From Camelus ferus (lineage: Eukaryota), in the NCBI RefSeq assembly GCF_009834535.1, contig NC_045696.1, positions 95,172,001-95,232,000 on the forward strand: a stretch of DNA of 60,000 nucleotides, written 5' to 3'. A program made the position numbers and the translations under genes. This document shows, in pieces, positions 51,833 to 60,000 of the stretch (its first letter is position 1; each line of letters begins with the position of its first letter). The notes beneath the pieces were generated by a model, which saw only the letters and a list, made by a program, of their open reading frames with translations, was not told the origin of the DNA and made no database searches.

Positions 51833-54800
51833 TCCTAAAGATACAGCTTTCTTTTGACCTCACAAGTTGTCCTAGGACAAAATATTTGCAGCTAGCATAC
51901 ACAGTCTCACTAAAAAGACATGAAATATAGAATATTTAATACATAATTTGATTAACTTGGGAGAAGAAACAAACTACCACAGATTCCACTGGTATTTTCC
52001 AATTAAAATATTTATGCCTCCCAATGTGTGGGTTTGAAAGCCATGGATAGCTGCCCTGCCAGGTGGATGGTTCTCGATGAAGTAGCCTAAAGTAATAACC
52101 TCCGGTCCCCAGTTCCGTCCCTGCCCAAAGCAGCTATCCACTGACAACAGGAAACTATCTGGGTTCCAGATAAATTCAGTCAGCTGCCAGGAACTGGGGC
52201 CCAGAGCAATCTCTGTCCAACAACAAGTTACCTGAATAGCAGCTGATTTGATGTTGCTCCACTGTGTCCTGGCTGCCAAGGCAGCAGCAGGACAAGAGTT
52301 GACCTGTGCAGTGAATGTGTGTTGAACTTGGGTCTCTATTCAGAAATGTGCACGTTAAACTGACGCTGTTACACACTGGCAGGCACAGATGTGAAATTTC
52401 AGCCAGACCAGCTCACTGATCTTCTCTTTGATGTTTAAGAATTATAAGAAGCTTAGCACAGAAAAGTAAAAGACTAGCTTAGAATATGGAGAACAGAAGC
52501 TGGTCAATATTAACTTTAGCTATGAATTAACATGCATTTCCAGATAGGACATGTTAAATGTATACTTCAGGTACTGAGATGTTTACATCACTGTGCACAA
52601 TCTATTATAATTATTTAGAAGCAGAGGTCAAACTGACAAAGTTATCTGGAGGGAAGGAAATAATTCTTATTTTAAGAAAATAAGACCAGTGGCCAATAAA
52701 ATTCAGCTTTGTTGAATCTCATTGAATAAAATAAGTTTATAATCGACAATGCATATAATGCAGGAGTTGCATATTACAGATAAATGAATACTTTTATGAG
52801 ATATAACTAGTGATCTTATTAACTGGCAACAATTCTCCCACTGGATTGTTTCTAAAAGTTGTCACATGATTGACTTTCTGACTTAACAGAACAAAGTCAA
52901 ATCTGAAGAATTTTAGGGCACCGTCCCCAAGTAAAATCTGCAGCAGCTTTTAAAATTCTGAAACATCAACTATTCAGCGAGCATTGCCTCAAAACTGTTC
53001 CCTCTCCAGATAAGTGGAGTTATTTGCTAAACAGGCAGACAATCAATAATAATGGCGCTACAGCTCTATAGCTTGAAATCTGATTCCAAAAGCTGGAAGG
53101 AAAAAAAAAAAAAACACCGAAGTGCAACATTCCTTCATTTCTTTTGAGTTATTGTAAATTTGTTATATTCCTTTTTCAAAGAGTACCCTGTTTTGGGTAG
53201 GTCACCGCTGGCCCCATCGGAGTGCCCTAATCAGATTAGGGAAGCACTTGAACTGTGGCTCTGCCAATTCTTTATTCTAAAAGCCACCCGGCAGAGGGTT
53301 CTGCAGAATTGCAAGAATGGATATTAATGTCACGGCATTATCAGGTAGCATCCTATTTTCTCTCAAGTATCCACGGGATAATGTACAACTATGTAATTGG
53401 TGTATCTGATACTGACTGTATCCTTGTAATAATGATTTACAGATATCTTTGTTCCCGGAAGGCATAAGGAAGGTTGGTTTATGATTGCCTTTTGCCAGTG
53501 AATACCCTCAGCAGGGAAAAACCAAATGCAATCTTACTAATGCTGGTGCATTTATGGGCTAATCACTTCTTTGTTTTAAGTGAGACATCTGATTCCATTA
53601 AAGTAATCTGGGTTTATTATGAATGAAAACGTTATTCAATTTCACGTTATGACCCTAGTTAAAAGTGTGCAAACATGATTATCACAATAATTCCCTCTGT
53701 TTATTGTGTGCCAGGCACTGTGCTAAGCGCTTTACCTATGTTATTATATTTAATCCGCTTAACAGTAGAGTGTAACTTCCACGGAGCAAACGAAAGCAAA
53801 AGCTCCATTGTTTTTGTTTTGAAAAGGGGAGGACACATGTTCAGTTCACCACTAAATCGCCAGAACTGAGAACAATGCCTGACACACAGTAGGCACTCAA
53901 TAAATATACACTGAATAAGTGTTTGAGTGAATGAATGAATAAAAGTGTGAATTAATTGTAGCCTTGTCATGTGGGTATTATTAGCTTTATTTTTCAGGTA
54001 GGAAAAAGGGTTCACACGAATTATGTGCCCACAGTCACAAAGGACTGCATGGAGGACCTAGGATTTGGACACAGCTGTGTTTGATTCCAGCTGGTATTAA
54101 AACCAAGGGGTCTCGATGCTGGCTGTCCAACAGTCACCTGGACAACGTGAAGCCTGGTATACCCTGGCGCGCTCCACTCATCAGAATCTCTGGGAAGAGA
54201 GGTGGCTAGACGGCAATATTTTTTTTTAAAAGCTCCTGGAGAAACCCCATTCCATATACTATGTGGTCTTCTACTGTTTAATAAGAGATTCAGTTTTCTG
54301 ATTCTACGTGAGGACACCTGTTTCCTTAAAGTTCACTTCTTTTGAAAATAGTTTTCCCTCCACACTGAAGGCTGCTCCAGTCCAGCCCAACTGTTTAATT
54401 CCCAATCAACCTTCAAGAATCAGGACTCTTTCTGTTGATGTTGTCCCTGATCCACCCACATGTCCAACTAAAAGGCTTCTCCTACCCTCTGTTCTTACCT
54501 AACTCTTCCTCTCTTGAATTCAGCGTTGATCACCAGCTGTGTTTACTTAACCACCTCTCCTACTTGGGCTCTCGGAGAGCAGTCTTACGCACTGTTCTTT
54601 GTTCATTTGGTAGATTCTGCAACTGGCACTTAAACAGGTCCTCTACAAACATTTGCTTAACAAGTATTTTTGTGGATTTGCTAACTGTTTTTCTCTGCCA
54701 CAGAAACTAACCAGCAAATACATTAAATATTTTCTAGTACAGACATTTGAACGTTTAAAAAGATTTGATGTTATTTTCTTTCTATCTCAAAATTTAATCA

Positions 54801-56679
54801 TTAGTTCTTTAGTATATGTGTTTGAAATTAAATTTCTTTTATTTTTGTTTGTCATTTTTTATATTGAACTGAAAGTTTCACTAACATACTGTTACCTTGC
54901 TGTAATCTTGCAGATATCATAGTGGTCCTAATTTATTTTAAAACATTATTTGAAATGGTGTTTGTTTTGCATATAATGTTTGCAATTTTTAATGGAGAGA
55001 GTACACAAAATAAATAATATACAGTCAGTATCTGCTGGGATTTATAGGACACAAATTTTAAGTCAGATTTTTCTGGATTTTACCTCTGTGTGAGGGTGTG
55101 TGTGTGTGGGGGGTCAAACTTGTAAGCAGGGAAAAATTAAGCTTTTTAAAAAATTAACAGCACACAATCAAGACATAAAAAACAAGTTTCTGGGTAGATA
55201 CACCCCTGTACAAGAGCTATAAACAATCTCTGTAAATAATTATTTTGAATATAAACAGAGCTAAAAAGTAAATTTATCTAGAAATTCACATTACAGTGTC
55301 CTTTTTCTTTTCCTAAGAAAGTAGCACATGCCTGGAATAAAATGAGAAATACTGTTTTTAACTCGTCTAGACTGACATGCTGACTGGGCAAATCAAATGA
55401 CCACTTACTTTACTCTTAATTTCACTTTATCCTTCAAGCGAGTTTTACTGACATGATAAACATTTAAATACAGAAGACTCTCTTCTCTCCCTCCAAGCAG
55501 CAACAAACATGGTCTGGTCCCTGAAATTCAGGCCCTTCCCAAGCTGCCTGAGGAAGCACAGGTGCCTTGACAGAAAGGCAGACAGAAAGGCGGGACAGAT
55601 GAAATATGACTCAGGGTGACCGACCTGGAAACATTTTACCAGAAACATGTGGGGATAAAGCGGCCTTATCTCAACCACTAGTTGGATAAACTGGAAAGTA
55701 AAGCACTAAAAAACAACTGAAGAATTCTAGGTGTTCGTGGAAGTGTGACAAATGATGACTTCTAAGCTTTCAGCAATCAACGGCCAAAAAATGCTTGGAC
55801 ATAACAGCAAAGGCAAGGTGACAGAAACAGCACAGGAGGTCCTAAGACTTTAGCTAAATCCAGTAACTTTCAATTTCTCGATCCCCAAGGCTTGAATTCA
55901 CATAATGCACAGGGAATTCGACGTGAGTTTCACACCTCAGAGCATGTGTGTGTGCCTTCAGGGCAGGCACCACAGGAAAACGTGGACGGCCAAGGCTACC
56001 CTCTGGGAGCAAGGGGAAATGGACAGGGGGCCGCCGCTGGGGGAACGCTGGAGCTCAGATACAGCTCTTCCAAACAATGCTAGTGCACACTTCTCCGAGG
56101 GCAACGATGAGAACCCGGACTCACAGGGTGTTTGAAAAACATCTTTCTGGGAGGGACCAAAGAAATATACCAGATGTCTCTACGTCGTGAGCCCCTAGGT
56201 GCAGTCTATCTTTGGTTGTTATTTAATAACGTCCTCATTAGAGTACCTTTGCATCTTCAGTGCATGGCAAAGTAACAAGAGTTTTTAAAGTACTACTTAG
56301 AAAAAGAATCCAGAAATTTTATTTTTTAATTTGGGTAATTCAATACTATAGTTCCCTCTATCTTCAACGATTATACAGTAAAGGAAAAAAATGGTCTTTT
56401 TGTACTTTTATTAGTGGTTTACAAATGATAACAGAATTAATATCAATTCTTTAATAATTTATTGTGCTACTTTTAAAGAAGTAGACACAAATTAAATTAC
56501 TTATTTTCAACTACTTATTTCCTCATCTTATAATATGGGAATAATTATGCTGTAAGATTGGCAGGATCCTGCAAAGAATGTATCTTAAACTTTTCACTGC
56601 ATAGTGAAGAAGGTCAGGGATTTTAAATGAATCAACCAAAGACCCAGAGTTGGTTGGTCACATGTCTCCACTTAGAACC

Positions 56680-56845
56680 TGAACAGCCTGAGTGAGATCC
56701 CAGCCCTGATACTCACTAGCCACGTGACTCGGGCAAATTACTTGATCTCTGAACCTCTGAATCTTCATCTCTAAAGCTGGATAGTAGCCCCTACTTCACA
56801 GTACAGTTGTGAAGATTTATGATACAGAAAGCGTTGAGTGCCTTA
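56680..56845 (+). mobile_element. MIR fragment
   Basis: atcccagc...cactagccacgtgactcgggcaaattactt...tctctgaacct...catctctaaa...gttgtgaagatt. Confidence 0.6.
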
Positions 56846-57345
56846 AATGCCCTCTGAGTACTGTACTTACTGCCCCCCTCCCCAAATGTTATGTTCTCTT
56901 TCTGCTTCCGGGCTTGGTACAATTCATTATAACATAGTAAAGTCCATGAAAACAGGAAACTCTCCTATAAATCCCTGCCTTCCCCAGGTCAGCCTAGTGT
57001 CATGTTCTGAAGATCTTAAATTTATAGACCCAGTCTCTCAAAATGCATGAGAAAATGAGAGCCCAAGCTGGGTGGCATAAGAGCTATTTCCTGGTCCCAA
57101 GCTGCACCCTCGTCAAGCCTCAGGCTGCCTCTGCTAACAGTCAGCTAACGGGTATCCACCTGTGTTCCCCATTCTACGCTGCCGTCTCTCTAATTGGGCT
57201 GCGTTCTTGTTCCTGGTTATGATTCCTTTGGACTCTGGGGCAGGTAACTACCATGAACCTCTGCCTGTTCTTCTCATGTTCAGGAAACTCCTTCCTCATT
57301 CATTTTTTCACTTATCAAGCGATTCTTTCATCACTGCTGCATGCT

Positions 57346-57474
57346 GGGGGGAGGGTGTAGCTCAAGTGGTAGAGCGCCTGCTTAGCATGCACAAGGTCCT
57401 GGGTTCAATCCCCAGTACCGCCTCTGAACATAAATAAATAAACCTAATTACCTCCTCCAACCTAAAAAACAAGG
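57346..57474 (+). mobile_element. tRNA-Ala-derived SINE (Vic-1-like, camelid type)
   Basis: ggggggagggtgtagctcaagtggtagagcgcctgcttagcatgcacaaggtcctgggttcaatccccagtacc with A and B boxes, taaataaataaacctaattacctcc tail, and TSD tcactgctgcatgct / tcgctgctacatgcc. Confidence 0.88.
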
Positions 57475-60000
57475 TCGCTGCTACATGCCAGGCATAATAC
57501 TGGATGCTTCTGGATTTAACTCAACCTTGCTAGCCTCTTTTCTTCATGTCCCTCCACTTACGGTTTGGGGGCTACACTGGTTGGCCCTAGAGAACTAAGA
57601 TGCTTTACTTACTCAACTAAAAGCCCTGTCACTGCTCAGATATTCCTGATACTGCTCCTAGGAATCTGCTCACAGTACGATCTCCTTTGATATCACCACT
57701 ATCCTACGTTGGATTCAACTCTGTCTTCAAACACAAGCATCTAGTCTAGAGGCCATCCTCCTCTGAGTGGCCTTTTCCATATTAGTCACCTGGCTGCTTC
57801 CAGCCCGGTTATAATCCCTGTTTGTGGGCCTAGCATTAAGGTTCCAGTAAGCAGCTGGTTGTGACCATCTCATTTATTTCTGAATCTCCATTATGTTACC
57901 CTCATCAAAACAGGACTGACTACAAAAAGGATCGAAAAGTCTCAGGTGGGGTTTTGAAAGCAAATTTCCTGGATTAAAGCCTTCTCTACAGTCATTAAAA
58001 CCCCAAATGCTTTAGAATTGAATAATTAAAGTGACTTCTACAGTCATTACAAAAACGTCACTCTGAACAGAGCCTATTTTTAGACCATGATCTCAGGATG
58101 CCTTTAGCAGAAGGGTAATTCCACATTCAAATCTAGTCATATCAGGGAAAATTAACATAAAGCCTGAATGGGCTCACAACTAATAAAAATAAACGCTTTG
58201 TCTAAGCAGAGAATTTGCCAACAAAAACACTAGAAAATGAGGTAATTTTTGATGGTTTCAGAAATCTGTGATTTAGTGATTTCATAAACAACACGTATTT
58301 GTTACTAGTATTTCAAAGACATGACCATAATGCTGTTTATAGTTTGTCCCAGGATTACGCATATGGTGATCCTGGAATGGCCTTGAGAGTAACACTCAAG
58401 GACTAAGTCAGGAGACAGCCATGACTTCGCAGTGAGGAACTCACTGCCGTGACGTGGACTGTTTTCTGCCGTCTGGCAACCACACTTGCTGATCTCAGAG
58501 TTGCTCCCGGTCACTGAGTGGGGAGAGCCTGGCAGTAAGCACTCTTCAAATGTTTAAGTGGAACAAAGTATCTTACATCAAGGCGAGATCTTACATCAAC
58601 TAAAGTTGTAGCCATCCCAAGGATTTATCAGATCTTTGAAACCATATGTGAGGGCCAAATGTCAAAGAGAACTCTTGTCCTATATTTTATGCTAAAGAGA
58701 ATGATTAAACTTTTTTTTTCAACCAAATGGAAATCTTCATGCTATCCCAATATAGACATGTGAAATTAACAGATGTCACAGAAATAAATTTAAGATATTT
58801 TTCACTGAGTCCCCCATAATGGAAAAATATATATATATCAAGTTAAAACAGACACAAAATTATAATATTCTCTCACCTCAACTGTATAGTATTGACAATT
58901 GGTATCACTGACGATTGGATTTGGAGATCCCTCCCACCTCGAAATGCAATCCCCCCCTCTTTTTTGGAATGATTGGTGCATTAAGTTCTAAGAGAGAATA
59001 ATAATTACGTTGAGTTCAGGTGTTAAAATGTACTAGGAAAAAAATCAGTTAGCACACATGCTACAATTAGCTTATCAGGAAAATGTGGGTCTTCACACTC
59101 CCGAGACCGCATAATATCGCATAGAAGTCAATGACAGAAATATTCTGATCATTGCAAATTTGAACATGCATTTAAATACAGCATTACTGTATCACAATTA
59201 ACATCAGAACATTTTTTGCAACCTAAAATTAATTATGATATAAATCTCTTACATTTTTGTGGATAACTGTGAGTAAAGGTTATTAAAGTCATCTGTCACA
59301 TACAACCTCCCCCCGAAATCCAAATGAATAAATAAATAAATAAATGTGCTCAGAATCAAAAGTTATCCACACGTACTGCTCAGTAAACAACAAATCCCTA
59401 TGACCACCTACAGTTTATAAAATGCAGCTCTTTTTCTTAAAAAAAAAAAAAAAAAAAAAAAAAGCCCTTGGGGTTTCTGCCTCTCCTGACTGGTCCTCCT
59501 CTGATGGGACTTCCAGGTCTGTGATATGGACTCGCCACCGTCAGAACTCTCCCAGACCTTGTAACTATGGAATAATTTCAACTTAAGTTGAAAAGAATAA
59601 CAAAGACTCCTTTCCATAAAGAGAACTATATGGATTCTCTTCAAGGAGGGGGAAAGGGAAACATGTTCTCAAAATTAATGATGATATACACCATTTTTTA
59701 AAAAAATGACGATTATCGCTGGAGGTAGCCTGAAGATGCACCTTGACTATCCTGACATTTAATGACCATTTTACAAAAGACCATTTTAACACCTGCAAGT
59801 CACAGGATTTAATCTGAAAAGAATTTGGCGGGAAAACATGCTATAACATACATTTCCACATGATTTAGCCAGAAGATGAGTAACTTGACAGTGTCAAAAC
59901 TATTTCCAGGGTTTGACTGATAATTTTGCTAGAAAATGCTAGGCAACTGATCCTGTTACCTGTGTTCACTTGATCTAGTGCATTCATCACTTTAACACTG

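Noticed and set aside
57346..57421. Possible tRNA-Ala gene
   Set aside because: Imperfect acceptor stem, SINE-type tail and flanking TSD indicate a SINE.

Overview
Mammalian genomic DNA, probably a camelid; that call rests on one tRNA-Ala-derived Vic-1-type SINE and on seeing no Alu, B1 or Bov-tA repeats. About 20.4-60 kb holds the 3' part of MBNL1 on the minus strand: seven internal exons with GT-AG boundaries (201, 258, 54, 154, 36, 95 and 75 nt), an extra 64-nt cassette exon and a ~3.45-kb 3'UTR exon. About 3.3 kb past the MBNL1 polyA site is a 13.7-kb nest of class I (gamma-like) endogenous retroviruses (3399-17106). The outer element is a minus-strand provirus with a tRNA-His primer binding site (PBS), a CTTC target-site duplication (TSD) and an internally duplicated gag-pro-pol-env-U3 unit. 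Inside one gag copy lies a second, Lys-primed ERV with the structure of an L1-mediated processed retrocopy (R-U5-internal-U3-R-polyA, 12-bp TSD). Two further solo LTRs and ~630 bp of non-viral filler are also nested in it. All retroviral genes are decayed. Repeat family names come from my recall of consensus sequences, not from a database search, and percent identities are hand counts.
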